Part shown: one piece after another, positions 12,697-25,193 of the stretch
Numbering within the stretch: position 1 is the stretch's first letter
Layout of the letters: each line of letters starts with the position of its first letter
Source: the human T2T-CHM13v2.0 reference genome, Homo sapiens
Assembly (NCBI RefSeq): GCF_009914755.1
Contig: NC_060939.1
Strand: one strand, 5' to 3'
Length of the DNA stretch: 64,000 nucleotides
Made by a program: the position numbers and the translations under genes
The notes under the pieces: generated by a model
Databases searched by the model: none
What the model was told of the DNA's origin: nothing
What the model saw: only the letters and a program-made list of their open reading frames with translations

Positions 12697-14044
12697 AGCT
12701 CCTTCCTACCAGGCCCCCTCCAAGGGTCTATATCACTTTCCTTGTTTCACCAAAGTTGCCTATTTTTCCCAGCTGAGCAAAAGTCTATCATACCCTAATC
12801 AGAACTCAGAAAATTCCTGAAAGGAGAGCCAGACTGATCTAGGAAACTACACACAGAGATACCCGCAGGACTGGGAAGAAAGAGAGGTCTCACATAAGAC
12901 CTTGCACCCCCAGCCTTCTAGCTTCGTAGATTCTCGAGGACTCGCCACAGACTCTGTGAGTAAGGGCTGGAGAATTCTAGATGGTGGCACAAGAAAAGGT
13001 GGAGGTGTGGGGAGCAGTTTCTTGTGCCTGGGAAGGACAGACACAAACTAATATCAGAAACTGCCTCCCCAGAGGCCAGTCATGACAGAAGACAGAGAAC
13101 CCCTGCGGTTCATGCTCTGGGTCCATACCAAGCTTCGCTGGGGGCAGCCCATCTGCCGGCCATGTGTGCGGCTTTCGGGGCACGATGGAGAAGCTGAGTG
13201 CTCGTCTGGGCGCCAGTGTAGCCACATGATCAAGTGTGCGCGCAGGCAGGGCAAGTGCACACAAGAACCCCCCCTCCCCCTGGGAGCACCTGTTCCGGGT
13301 GCCTCAAATGCAACAGGCCAGGAACTTCGGGGCAGGGAAGTTACTGCCACAGCAAGGGAGCTCCTGGGGGCAGGAATAGGGTTTATCACCAATGTAAACA
13401 CCCCTCAGGCCTGGTTGGGGGTGGGCACCAGATAAATGCCTACTAATAGTATAAGGAAGCAAAGACAAACACCCTTTCTCTCCTGTTTCTTACGTTTCAG
13501 CTAGGAAGAGTGGGGTGAGCCGTGGCCTGTCTGGGTACCTCTCCAAACTTCCTGTTCCAGGTACAGAGAGAAGACTCAAAAGGAAGGGAGGTGAATGCCC
13601 ACTCCCCCACCTCCAAGTCCAAGAACATAACACCTACACGTACACAGGTACTCCCGTGACATACACTTTGACACGGCGGTGCAGATGCAGTGTTCTCTAC
13701 ATTGGGGCCAAGGCGCCTCTGTCCAGGGCCCTGACAGTTTCATCCCTGCCAGATCTGCGCTCCCTAGAGCGGGCGGCGTATACCCCCACGCAACCCCAGC
13801 TCCGCGCGGGTTCCACGGGCTGCAGAGGCGCTGGACTGGGATGCTGCCCCTCCCACCCCCTTTGCCTATAGAGGGTACCGAAGGCCGGGGTGGGGGATGG
13901 GGAGAGGTGGAAAGGCAGGGGGTTCCCTCCGGTTCCCCTGGAGGCTGGACTTCCAGCAGAGGCGCCCCACCCCCACCCTCCACGGCGACCACTCTGCGTC
14001 GCAACAGACCGGACGGGCCGACCCGGAGGTGGCGCGGGCAGTAC

Positions 14045-14415
14045 CAGGCCGCCGGCGGCGCCGCAGGCGCTGAGCGAGACGAGGGAGCCGGGGTGGCCGA
14101 GCACACGGCCCGAGTAGAAGCACAGCTCGGCGGGGCGGCCGCGGCGCCGGGCCGCGCCCGCCTCCTCCACCTCGAAGCCTCGGGACAGGAAGCGCAGGTC
14201 GCGGCGCAGCTGAAGGTACAGGTCGCGCCCGAAGGCCGGCAGGTGCAGCAGCAGGGCGCGCTCTCCGGGCCGGGCGCGCGGGGCGGCTGGGGGCGTGCGG
14301 GGGCGTCGCCGCCGTCGGGGCCCGGGGGCTGCGGGCAGCGGCGGCAGGTGCACGTCGTCGGGGCGCACCCGCCACGGGAGCACCACCTCCACGTCGGCCG
14401 CCGCGTCGCCGACAG
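14045..14415 (-). CDS. ADAMTS17: ADAMTS17 coding exon 2 (371 nt, prodomain)
   Basis: Acceptor ctcctctctccccgcag|CT and donor CTG|gtac. Encodes (A)[20 protein letters not shown]...[27 protein letters not shown]...[26 protein letters not shown], a typical ADAMTS propeptide. Confidence 0.97.
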
Positions 14416-14826
14416 CTGCGGGGAGAGAGGAGACGCGTCAGCGCGGCGGGGCCCGCCCGGACGCCCGCCCTCCCGCTGGCCGCCAGCCGCGCCAGCGCGG
14501 GGACAGCGCGACCCGGAGCCGGCGCTGCCTTCCCTTCCCTCGCCCGGCACCTCCACGCTGGCCCGCGCCACCCGGGGAGGGTCTCCGGCGCAGCCGCGCG
14601 AGCACCTCCCGGAACGGCGCCGCGCATCGGCGAGCGGAGACCCGGCGGCGGCGCGCCTGCCACGGAGCCACCCGATTCCCGTACTCCGGCCGCGGCCCGC
14701 GCCTCCTCCGCTCGGGCGCCGTCAGCGGTCCCGCCGCCGCCCCCGGGCCGCCAGGACGCCGCGAGAACGCAGAGGGAAGGTAGCCGCAGGACGCGGGGTG
14801 AAGAGGGCTGTGGGAGGGGGCGCTAC

Positions 14827-14905
14827 CTGTGCCCGGGTCCAGTCCCCAAACCAGCAGCAGCAGCACGGGCAGGACGAGCGGAGGCAGCAGGGCGCCGTCA
14901 CACAT
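14827..14905 (-). CDS. ADAMTS17: ADAMTS17 coding exon 1 (79 nt, signal peptide)
   Basis: ACC ATG TGT; encodes the hydrophobic signal [26 protein letters not shown]. Phase 1 donor ACAG|gtagc joins exon 2 in frame. Confidence 0.96.
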
Positions 14906-15881
14906 GGTACCCGGGACCGGCAGCCCCCCCGGACCGTGGCGGCGAAGCAGGAGCGCGCTAGGCGGCGGCGCCAGCCGGAGTGAAGCCCTCCAGCCTTTGG
15001 AAAAAGTAATTAGCGCTGCGGACAAACCCAACGTGGTAAACCCCAAGCCCCGCCTTCCCCTCGGAAGGCGGGAGGGGATTGGGCCCTCGCTTTCCTCCGC
15101 CCCGCCTCCTCCTTCCCTACTGGTTGGGATGGGTCGAAACCACAGTGCGTAGTTAGGTTGTCAGCGCTTTCTTACACGTGGTTTCTGGGCAGTGGCGGGG
15201 ACACGGCACCAGGTGGCGCGCGGGAGCCGACCGGAGCCGTGGGACCCTGGAAGAGCTGGAGGATGCGGGGCTGGTCTTCAGAGCTTGTCCTCATTTTGGA
15301 ACTCTCTCAGCCTGCTGCCCAGTTTCCCGGGAAGGTAGGGCGGAAATCGCCCCGGCCAAGCGGTTTCATCCAAAACTGCATATAATCTTTACATCTGAAG
15401 TTAGGTTTTAGTTGTTTGTGGCCGCAAAGACTCCCAGTCCACTTTCCCGCACACCTGAGTTAGCACCTGAAGGCTATATCCGCGGCGTTTATCCAAACTC
15501 TTCACACCTCCTGTCTTCTTTAATCCCACAGGAGCCAGTGCAACACGCATGCTCACACCCTCTTACAGACTGAAAAACTGAGGAAGAGAGAGAGCTTAAG
15601 GAAAAACGCCTAAGTTACCCAGAGAGTTCCTGTTGGAGCAGAGGCTAGAATTTGTGATCCTGATTTCTGGCTTGGTGCTTCTTATTAACAGCAGGATCCC
15701 CCCGCCCCGAGGGAAGCAGGACTCAGTGTTACAGGTTAGGAAACTGAGGCACAAAGTCCCAAAGCCTAGCCTTGAACGTGAGTCTCCCAGAAACAGAATG
15801 AGTTGATCCTTTCCTGCCACAATATAACTGAGGTCTGCAGGGAAGGTGACTCCATTAGCTTGCTGAATAGCATCTTGTAGA

Positions 15882-16249
<368 letters not shown>

Positions 16250-16579
16250 TTATCATAGCAGAAAGGTTATAGTTCCCCGCTGGATGCTGCTTGAAGCCTC
16301 GGAATCTAAATTCATCACAGGATTACATATCATCTGAAGGAATCTATAACACTGGCCACCTTCCCCGAAATATAATGAACCCCAAGGCTGAACAGTGACC
16401 CTCCACAGAGGCTTGCCACAAAAGGGGCTGCCCTCACTGCTTGGCACCTACAGTTCTGGGGGCATCTGCACAGGTCCTGCTCTTGGCCAGGCCTGGGGCT
16501 GTGTTTCTCCCCCTTGCCTCTGTCCAGGTCAACAACCTCAGATGACTGACAGCTCAGTAGCATTTTCTGGCAGCACAAG

Positions 16580-17520
16580 AAACCTTGGTGATTGAGGTGA
16601 TGGACACCTCATTTACCCTGATGGGATTATTACTCATTGTATGGCCATATCAAAAAATTTCATGTATATACATTTTGTAAACATATACACCTACTATGTA
16701 CTCACAAAATATTAATTTTTTTAAAGATATCACAGTAAGTTTCTTAGTGAATCTTTTTGTCAAAAAGAGCCATTTCTAAGGCCTGCCACTGAAAACCATG
16801 GAGTATGGGCCACACCACCTCACAAGCGCAAGTCAGCCTGAAGTAGCCATCACCAACCTATCAAGAACCTATCCAAGATGCTCAAATGCTAAAATTAGTC
16901 CATAGGGACATGAAAACTAAAACAGAAAGATACTATTTTATCTCCCAACTAACCAAAATTAAAGAGCTTAGAAAAATCAAGAATTAGAGAGGACACTCTC
17001 CTACCTAGGGGTGGAGAGTATAAATTGGCACAGCCACTCTGAGGAACAATTGGGCAAACTGTAAAATTAAAGTTTTACTTTTTAGTTTTAATAAAACTAA
17101 AAATGCACACATTCTACAACTCTGTAATTCCACGCTGGTTAATTACTCCAGAGAAACTCTGGCACATGTACAAGAATGTTTGTTCACCAGGGCACCTTAT
17201 TAAGAGCAAAAAATTGCAAAAACCTGAATGTTCATCGTTACATAAACGGCTACTTGAACACCATTAATTAAAGGAAATACAAAAATCTCATATATGTAAC
17301 AACATGGACAGATCTCCAAGATCAGTTATCGAATTTTTTAAAAAATCAAGTTGCAGAATGAGGCACACCGAAAAAAAAATGTGTATAAACACACAGACAC
17401 ACATGACATGATCTGCATGGATTCAGATAAGTGTACATAAAATCCAAGAGGAAAGTCTGGAATAATACAAGCCAAACTTTGTTAAGGTTTATTGTTCTTT
17501 TTGTATTAATTGCATGCTGA
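16580..17520 (+). mobile_element. Old L1M 3' fragments
   Basis: TATAAATTGGCACAGCCACTCTG and AAACCTGAATGTTCATC motifs, A-rich. Confidence 0.55.
17488..17493 (-). terminator. Candidate poly(A) signal AATAAA
   Basis: Plus-strand TTTATT, followed on the minus strand by a T/GT-rich stretch. Confidence 0.45.
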
Positions 17521-17529
17521 GGAAAGGTA

Positions 17530-17680
17530 CTACAAAAGGAAAATGAACACCTGGGACCCCAATTCACTCTGCCAAAGGAAAAAAATCAAGCTGAAAGCTG
17601 AGTCAAGCAATGAGCTGCCTTTTCTTCTGTTCCTAAGCAGACAGCGACAGATAAAAGGTTCAACATCTCCACAGGTAGCT
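17530..17680 (+). mobile_element. ERV1 (MER4-group) LTR fragment
   Basis: GGGACCCCAATTCACTCTGCCAAAGG...TTCCTAAGCAGACAG...CAGATAAAAGGTT...CTCCACAGGTAGCT. Confidence 0.6.
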
Positions 17681-18379
17681 GGTAGAGTAAGAGGGAGAAA
17701 GAAGAAATGGTAAAGTGACATGAAGGCAAGACGGTGTTCCGTGACTCCGTGCTGCTCCTGTCCCTGTATTGGATTCCAGCACCAGGGGCCTGTGTCTACT
17801 GCTGCACTGTTGAAGACACTGTCACGGTTATCATGGTTGATTCTGGATCTACCAAAGTAGTGCTGCCTTGACCGGGGCCCAGTTCTCATTGCCACACCAG
17901 CAACTTCCAGCACCTGTTAACATGGAATCCTTACCTCTGCCTCCTGCCATCTAATCTCCTGCCAGGGCCTCTTTTTGGCAGAAGCTAGCAAGAAGCCTAA
18001 GAAAATGTAAGGGAGTCAGAGAATGAAGGTTGCAGACTTTCAGCTTCAGTAAAGAGCAGAACATGGAAGTGGGTATGTGGGGCTGGGAGACAGAGCCGCT
18101 GAAGGTCTTAATCTGACCACCATGAGTCTGAATTCCCTTTGCCCTTCATCCTTGTATTCACCAGTCATATTAAAAGTTTAAGCTTCCATGCCTTCCACTT
18201 TCTCTTTCACAGCATTTCCTCCACAATACTGTGAACTGCCTTCCCCTACCCAAATCCAAGATCCTCCTCAGTCTTGAAACCTTCCCACTGTGCCCTTAAG
18301 AGCTGCTGCTCCATATCCTAGATCTGCTGCCTCTTCTCTGAGCGTTCTGTACTTACGAATGGAACTCCTTTGAAAATGT

Positions 18380-18818
18380 AAGGTGGCAACAAAATTCACA
18401 TTTCTCAGCATCTTTTTTCCCCTAAGGATGGTCACTTGTCACAGTTCTGGCCACTGTGATAGAAGGAGAAGCTACTGGCTAGAGTTCTAGCAGAGTTCAT
18501 TTGAGGAGCTTCCTTCTGCCGCTGTATACCCCTTTTCACTGTGTCTCTTCCTCTTTGCTCCTGACTAGAATTTGCATGTGATTCCTGGAATTCCAGCAGC
18601 CATCTCGTAAGCATGAGGAAGAGTGCCATACCCCTGGGAAGCAAAAAGATCAATGAACTCTGGGTTGCTGATGACATCTTGGAGTCACCATGCCAGACCT
18701 GAGCTGTCTACTTCTGCACTTTTTGCTATATCAGAAAAAAAATATACTCTTGTCTCTTTTAAGCTGTTGCTATTTGGGTTGTCTGTTATATGCAGCCAAA
18801 CTCGACCCCTAACAGACA
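18380..18818 (+). mobile_element. Degenerate MLT1 (ERVL-MaLR) LTR
   Basis: GCAGCCATCT...CATGAGG and the terminal TTTAAGCTGTTGCTATTTGGGTTGTCTGTTATATGCAGCCAAAC. Confidence 0.6.
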
Positions 18819-19479
18819 CACATATAGACAACTCCCATCCCCCACCCTGGGCTCTGGGCTCCTCAATTTCCTCCTTCAGTGACCTTCTGTGCTATGCTGC
18901 CCCAACTGTCCACTCTCAAATTCACACCCTACACCTTGTCATCACCCCTAGCTGTTCCACCTTCCAAAACTTGAACATCCACCTCTGACCACAGCTTCTT
19001 GTCCTCCCAGCATGCTCGTCCAAATGCTCCTACCTCAGAAGGTCTCTCAGTCTGCATCTCCCAACCCACCAGCCTCTCTTCACTTGCCTCCATATCCAGC
19101 TTGCATTCCAGGCCCCATGACTCTGAAAACACTCTTGCCAATATGCTCAGCACCCTCCCCTATCCCTTTTCACTGCAGTTGTCATGCAGAACTACAGGCC
19201 TGGGTAAACTCAACTCTCTACTCTCACTGAGCATGTGGTTGAGCTCTGAACACCACTGGAGCCAAGCATGCAACAGGGAAATCTGCAATCACCTTCTTCA
19301 TTTGAGCCATCGCCATGCCCACCATTGCTACTACACTCCTCTGCCCAACTCCCCTTTCTCTCAATGCAGTGCTGATCTCGAACCCTCCCCTTCTCAGCTT
19401 CGCATTCCTCATCTTATCCCTTTCTTTTGGCAGTGGACAAGCACGCACTTCACAGAGTCATCCCCTGGTCCAGACTCTT

Positions 19480-19878
19480 TGCCGCGGTTTGAATGTTTAT
19501 GTCCCTCCAAAATTCATGGTGAAACTTACCTCATTGTGCTGGTATTAAGAGGTGGAGCCTTTTGGGTTAAGGCCCAAAGTCATGAGGGCTCTGCCCTCAT
19601 GAATGGAATTAATGCCCTCATTAAAGAGGCTCAAGAGGGCTTCTTGGCCCTTTTGCCCTGCATCTCTTCTGCCATATGAGGACACAGCATTTGTCCTCTT
19701 CAGAAGATGCAGCAACAAGGTGTCATCCTGGACACAGAGAGCTTACCAGACACTGAATCTGCCGGCACCTTGACCTTGGACTTCCCAGCCACCAGAACAA
19801 TGAGAAATAAATGTCTATTATTTATAAATTACCAAGTCTAAGCTATTTTGTCATAGCAGCAGGAATGGACTAAGGCAC
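19480..19878 (+). mobile_element. MST (ERVL-MaLR) solo LTR
   Basis: GGTTTGAATGTTTATGTCCCTCCAAAATTCATG...CTTGGACTTCCCAGCC...ATAGCAGCAGGAATGGACTAAGGCA. Confidence 0.85.
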
Positions 19879-21496
19879 TCCTCCTCCCAGCTCCAGACCA
19901 TGTATCCAGCTGTTCAGTTGACCACTTCAAAGAGCGAGACCATGGCATGTGATCCAGTTTCAAGGATGGATGAGAATGTTTCAAATCTGCTTTTGTTTTT
20001 GTTTGACTTTGAATTAAGAAATCATCCAGTGGATGATGGAAGGATCATGGGACACTGATATCATTTGGGTACACATTGTACTTGTTTGGTTAACCCTATT
20101 TGGATAAACTGTTGTGGTCTGGATTTAGTTGCTTGCAGCCAAGGTCATCTATGATCTAATGTCTTCAGACCATTCACCAGAGTACTATTTCTCCTGCCCA
20201 AGCTCCTGATGAGGACTGGCCAGCTGAAAGCCAGGGTTAAATCCAACTCCATGCATGACCCAAGGAACAGCTACTCCCTGATGCTGAACAAGGCCAAAGC
20301 CATATACTGTGAACAAGCACAAAACAGAGCCAGGCTGGCATGTGCTTCCGCAAATTGTGAAGCCCAAACAGCTGCCTCTGCTGCAGTTGATGGTGACTTA
20401 TTAGCAAAGAAAACATTTTCTTTTTGGAAAAGAGTTTTAGATTGGCTTCAATGCTTGGACAAAAAGAGGTCAGCCCTACAAGGCCCATGACACTGAGCAT
20501 AGCTACAATGTATTGAAAACAGGCATCGCTGATGCCCACACAGCCCTAAAAATTGCATCTCAGTGCCCATACAATGTATAAGTTTAGGCAATTCAACTTC
20601 ATGGTGAACTTTTCAAGGTTAATTGGTTGAGAAATATCAAAAAAGCATTTGTAAAAGTAATACTTTGATTTTTCAAAGAGTTGATCTTGAACCAATCTTT
20701 CAACCAGTGGTTGAATAGTGAGACCAGTACCTGCAGATGACACACCTGCTATCTAATGATGGAACCACACCATCCCCAGAAAAGAGGCCCATTATCCTGT
20801 GTTCTGGAGCAGATCCTACACATCCAAAATGGTCCTGAATAAAATGTGCGTTATACATTAGGCTGTGAGGTGGGGGATGGGGAGAGTCCAGGACACATCC
20901 CCACATCATTCTCATCACAATTATGATCTGATTTACAGAAAACAGTATCTTTGAAGTGGCATTAAAGTGAAACTTCTGGATGAGCAAAACTGGCCAGAGG
21001 TCTACATTTAACTAAGTAGCTTAATTTACAAAAATGTCTGTCCTCAGTCTAGACCAAGGAAAAAGCAATGGTAACTGCATTCATTTATGTACTCATTAGG
21101 TCCTTCAACCCTTCTTCAGTGCCTACTTTCTGTGTGCCACGTACTGAGATGCCAAATGAAGAGGCAGCAGCATATAAATTGCACTTTTTTCCCCACAGTT
21201 CTCTATAGAGCTCTGTTATGAACTAGACACTGTTCCTGGTGCTGGGGATTTAGAAACGAAAAAGTAACTTCCCTGTGTTCTATCTAGTGGGGGAAGGCAG
21301 ATAGAAAGAAATAATTTTGTGGGAATGTAAAATGGTACAGTCACTGTGGAAAACAGTACGACTATTCCTCCAAAATAGATTTACCCTATGATCCAGCAAT
21401 TCCGTTTCTGGATGTGTACCCCAAAGCTTTGAAAGCGGGGACTCCAACAGGTATTTGCATACTCATATTCATAGTATGCAAATTTAACTAAGTAGA

Positions 21497-21878
21497 TGTT
21501 GTCATGGCATTTGTAAGCTGCCATGGCACTAGCGGGAGTGTCTTTTGCCATGCTAATACATTATAATTAGTGTATAATGAGCAGTGAGGACGAGCAGAGG
21601 TTGCTTTTGTCACCATCTTGGTTTTGGTAGGTTTTGGCCAGCTTCTTTACCGCATCTTGTTTTATCAGCAGGGTCTTTGTGACCTGTATCTGGCAAAACC
21701 TCCCCTGAGATGCAATTCATTGGTTCCTGGGGTAACCAACCTGCCTCCCTGGCAGCCACTGACTCATCCTGTGACGAAGAATGCCTAACCTCCTGGGAAT
21801 GCAGCCCAGCAGGTCTCAGCCTCATTTTGCGCAGCACCTGTTCAAGATGGAGTCGCTCTGGTTCGAACACCTCTGACA
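21497..21878 (-). mobile_element. MER41 LTR, 5' half only, inside an L1MB fragment
   Basis: Minus strand starts TGTCAGAGGTGTTCGAACCAGAGCGACTCCATCTTGAA. L1MB-like sequence flanks it (about 21310-21480 and 21880-21990). Confidence 0.8.
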
Positions 21879-22228
21879 GCTGCCCGACAATGTGAATGTA
21901 CTTAATGCCACTGAACTTACAAATGATTGAAATGGTAATTTTACGTTATAGTACATTTTACTACAGTAAAAAATGTTTTAAAAAAGAAATCATTACTCTC
22001 TTGCTAAGATCTTGTTTCATCTTAACACACACGAGATGCCTTGTCTTCATTTCGTGGACAGGCAAGGCCGAATTCCGTTTCACAGATAGAGGACTGAGAT
22101 CTGGAGGCAGAGGGCAGGAATTAAAAACAAGACAAACAAGAGCCTTATACAGGCAGTGTCTTTCTGAGTCTGATCCCTGTTGTCTTGAGAGCTGCGGTGA
22201 GGGAAAGTCGTCTTCAGAGCCCTCAGGG

Positions 22229-23149
22229 TCAAAGCAGTTTGTTACCCTTGAGATAGACAAAGCTCCTAACCTCTCCAGCTTTTTGCCGACAGCTCGAGTC
22301 TGATGGGCACTGACCTTTTCCGACCCTGTTTTCAGGAGCCGACTCCTGGCAGGTTGGTTGTAGGGGCCCTCTTGAGTGCTTCACACACAGCAGTCCTGTT
22401 GGGGTGAAGGTCACCGTCACTGTGATAATTGTTGTCGTCGTTGAAACCACCCAGCCCGAAAGCAGCATGGGCTGTGCCCAGAGCCGCCGTGCCAGAAGCC
22501 CACGCTTAGAAATAGAGGGCCGAAGACCAAAGAGGACTGCGGGTTCTTGGGCCAAACGTGACCCTCTCAAATCCCCCAACTCGGGGATTTCGTTAGCTGG
22601 GGACTGGTGTGCCCGGGTTCCAAGACCCCTGCGTAGACTCTGTCTATAGGTGGAAGAAGGCCTTTGCCCCGAGGCATCCAGAGGTAACGGTGAGAGGAAC
22701 AAGGGCACGTGGGGGATCCCACCACAGCCTCCCCTGAGACCCTCTTCACGCTGGTTGCAGGAGTAGCCAACCCCGCTCCCTGGCAGCCCGTGAGATGCCA
22801 CATCCCCTCCAGCAGGGGGCGGCCGGCATCGGTCCCGTCTTCCTAAACCGGCGTTGGTGGGAAATGCCGGCACCAGCTCCCTCCCCGCTCCAGAGCCCTG
22901 TTTTCCCCATTTGTATTTCACTACTTTCCTGTTGAGCTTGGATTCCAGCCTCAAATTCCGCGATTTGGCCGGCATCCTAATCCCCGAGTGACTCTTGCCA
23001 ACCACTCTCTGTGGGGCCTGTGTGCTTCCTCCTGGGTTCTGGGGCGCTGGCGGCGTCCGCTTCACCGGGAACGGGAGCCCCAGCCTCCCGAGGCCTTCCT
23101 GCCTGGCTCTGGGAATGGCCACTGTCCAGAAAGCCCCGCGGCCGTCCAT
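22229..23149 (-). other. 306-codon ORF in the first exon region of the upstream transcript; coding status unknown
   Basis: ATG in strong Kozak context (AGC ATG G) about 60 nt below a TATA-like box. No recognisable domain. Splice donor after codon 278. Confidence 0.35.
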
Positions 23150-23520
23150 GCTCGCTCGCTCAGTCAGGCCCTTGTGGGGATATTGCAGAACGAGTCCGAG
23201 TTACTATCCCTTTAAATACAGGCGTTTCGGCCTAGCTGCCACCGGTCCAATCCGCAGCGCTTCCGTGCCCCACTTTCCCGCGTCAGCCTGGCTCCGGCCT
23301 CCACCAGGGGGTGCTAGTGAGATCCCAGCCAGCCTCAGAGCTGAGCGTCCAGGGCCTTCAAATGTCCCCATCCTTGAAAAGGCAACTCCAGTGGCATCTT
23401 CTGCGGGGAGACCAGAAGCAGCATCTGACGAGGAGACAGCACTGGCGGTCCCGACACAACTGAATCGGCAGGATGAGGGCCCTTAGTGTTAGGCACCGGC
23501 GGAGCTGCATCCCACCCCGT
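22400..23520 (-). promoter_or_regulatory. CpG-rich promoter with TATA-like, CCAAT and CTCF-like motifs
   Basis: TATTTAAA (minus strand, 23218-23211), CCAAT at 23247-23251, CCACCAGGGGGTGCTA at 23301-23316, CCAGCAGGGGGCGG at 22809-22822. Confidence 0.7.
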
Positions 23521-23750
23521 CTCGTCCCCTGAGAACAGCTGTGAGAAGCCGCCTATTTTTCATCGTTCTGCAACACACCTTTCCCTTCCTTGGGATATTT
23601 CTCCTCTTTCAGCATTGCCGCATCAGGGTTCCAAAGCCCCGTTTCTCTCCTAGTTCTTTCTTTGCTCAAGAAAAGCAGCTTGTCTGATAAACTAAGCTAT
23701 GTATGATTCGCTGCCAGTACAGACTGAAAAACAAAATAAACTCCCAATTC

Positions 23751-24525
23751 ACAGTCCTCCGTTGCGTAACAGTGAGCAGACGTTCTGAGAAATGCATCGT
23801 CAGGCAATTGCATCATTGTGCAAACAATATAGAGTGTACTTACCCAAACCTAAACAGCACAGCCTACTACACACCCAGGCTGTAGGCTGTGCTTCTAGAC
23901 TACAAACCTGTACAGTGTGGTACTGAACACTGTAGGCAACTGTAACACAATGGTAAGTATTTGTGTATCTAAACATAGAAAAGATACAGTAAAAATATGG
24001 TATGAAAGATTGAAACTGGTGCACCTGCCTAGGGCACCTACCGTAAGCTTGGAGCTTACGGGACTGAAAGTTGCTCTGGGTGAGTCAGTAAGTGAGTGGT
24101 GAGTAAATACGAAGGCCTAGGACATTACTGTACACTACTGTAGACTTTAAAACCCTGTACACTAGGCCCACACTCAATTTATTTTTAAAAATTTTCTTTC
24201 CTTCAATAATATATTCACTTTAGCTTACTGTAACTTTTCTACCTTAAGAATTTTTAAATTTTTTGACTCTTTTAATAACAGCTTGAATACACAAACACAT
24301 TGTACAGCTATACAAAAATATTTTCATTCTTCATATCCTTATTCTATAAGCTTTTTTCCTACTTTTGAAGTTGTTTATTTTTTACATTTTAAACTTTTTG
24401 TCAAATATTAAGACACAAACACACATTAGCCTAGGCCTATACAGGGTCAGGATCATCAATACCACTGTCTTCTGCTTTCACATCTTGTCCCACTGGAAGG
24501 TCTTCAATGGTAATAACACACATTC
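23751..24525 (+). mobile_element. Tigger3 (TcMar-Tigger) fragment
   Basis: CGTTCTGAGAAATGCATCGTCAGGC...GAGTGTACTTACCCAAACCTA...CTACAAACCTGTACAG...CATTAGCCTAGGCCTATACAGGGTCAGGATCATC. Confidence 0.85.
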
Positions 24526-24633
24526 TTAGTAAATGCAAATAGTCATGGCTCAGACTGATATAGTAATGATAGACTATTCAATATGTGGTATTGGACAGCT
24601 GTTTATATATTTGTACGAACCTAAGTTAGATTC

Positions 24634-25193
24634 TGTGGTGGTTCAAAAATATATCCTCTAATTATGACCTGCTTCCCTTCAACAGGTGTACCTAATTCCT
24701 CTGCCTAGAAAGTGTGCTGGAATTACTGCCTGGCTTCTGATGAATAGGGCGTATTGAGAGTGATGCTTTGTGAGTTCTGAGGCTAGGTCATAGAAAGGAT
24801 TGAACTTATTCCTGAATGTTGCTCTTGGATCACTTGCTTTTTTGGGAACCACCAGCCATGTCATGAGGACACTCAAGCAACCCTGCAGAGAAGCACATGT
24901 GTGGAGAGGCACTTCTTGGAAAGGAGGCCAACTTGCCAGAACCAACTAATTTGTCATGTGAGTGAGTCATTTTGGAAGCAGATCCTCTACCCTCAGTCAG
25001 GCCTTCCGATGATTTCAGCCCCCAGCCTTTGAGTCTGCCCCAAACACCATGAGTAGAGACAAGCCCTTCCCACTGTGTCCACCCTGGCTGAATTCCAGAC
25101 CGTTAAAAAAACAAGAGAAAATAAATTATTATTAGTGTTTTGAGTCACTAAGTTTTGGACTAATTTGTTATGCAGCAATAGCTAACAACTACA
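24634..25193 (+). mobile_element. MLT1 (E/F-like) solo LTR
   Basis: TGTGGTGG start, TCTGAGGCTAGGTCATAGAAAGG internally, and end CACTAAGTTTTGG...TTGTTATGCAGCAATAGCTAACAACTACA. Confidence 0.8.

Larger units (their letters stand above)
13780..15500. promoter_or_regulatory. ADAMTS17: CpG island and TATA-less promoter of ADAMTS17
   Basis: Very high GC and CpG density over exons 1-2. GC boxes near 15097-15106, E-box CACGTG at 15175-15180, CTCF-like motif at 15206-15219. Confidence 0.9.
17465..23190 (-). ncRNA. SPATA41: Probable SPATA41 transcript span (exon structure only partly resolved)
   Basis: Promoter motifs at 23211-23251, donor AAG|gtcagt at 22315/22314, candidate acceptor aacag|GTG at 17913, and minus-strand AATAAA at 17493-17488. 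The name comes from recalled gene order upstream of ADAMTS17. Confidence 0.55.

Noticed and set aside
13576-14983. Long overlapping ORFs (434 aa on plus; 331 and 265 aa on minus) over ADAMTS17 exons 1-2
   Set aside because: Ala/Arg/Pro/Gly-rich shadows of a CpG island with few stop codons; no domain.
17530-17913. 127-aa ORF in the candidate last exon of SPATA41
   Set aside because: Partly LTR-derived and out of frame with the upstream phase 1 donor; no homology recognised.
18999-19679. 226-aa ORF
   Set aside because: Non-ATG start and it runs into an MST LTR; no protein features.
19950-20550. Coding-looking unique stretch with a 93-aa ORF (20209-20490)
   Set aside because: No recognisable homology, poly(A) tail or TSD. 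A translated search would be needed to call a pseudogene.
21497-21878. MER41 as an interferon-inducible STAT1 enhancer
   Set aside because: The copy is truncated before the segment with the tandem TTCCNGGAA sites, and I see no such motif in it.
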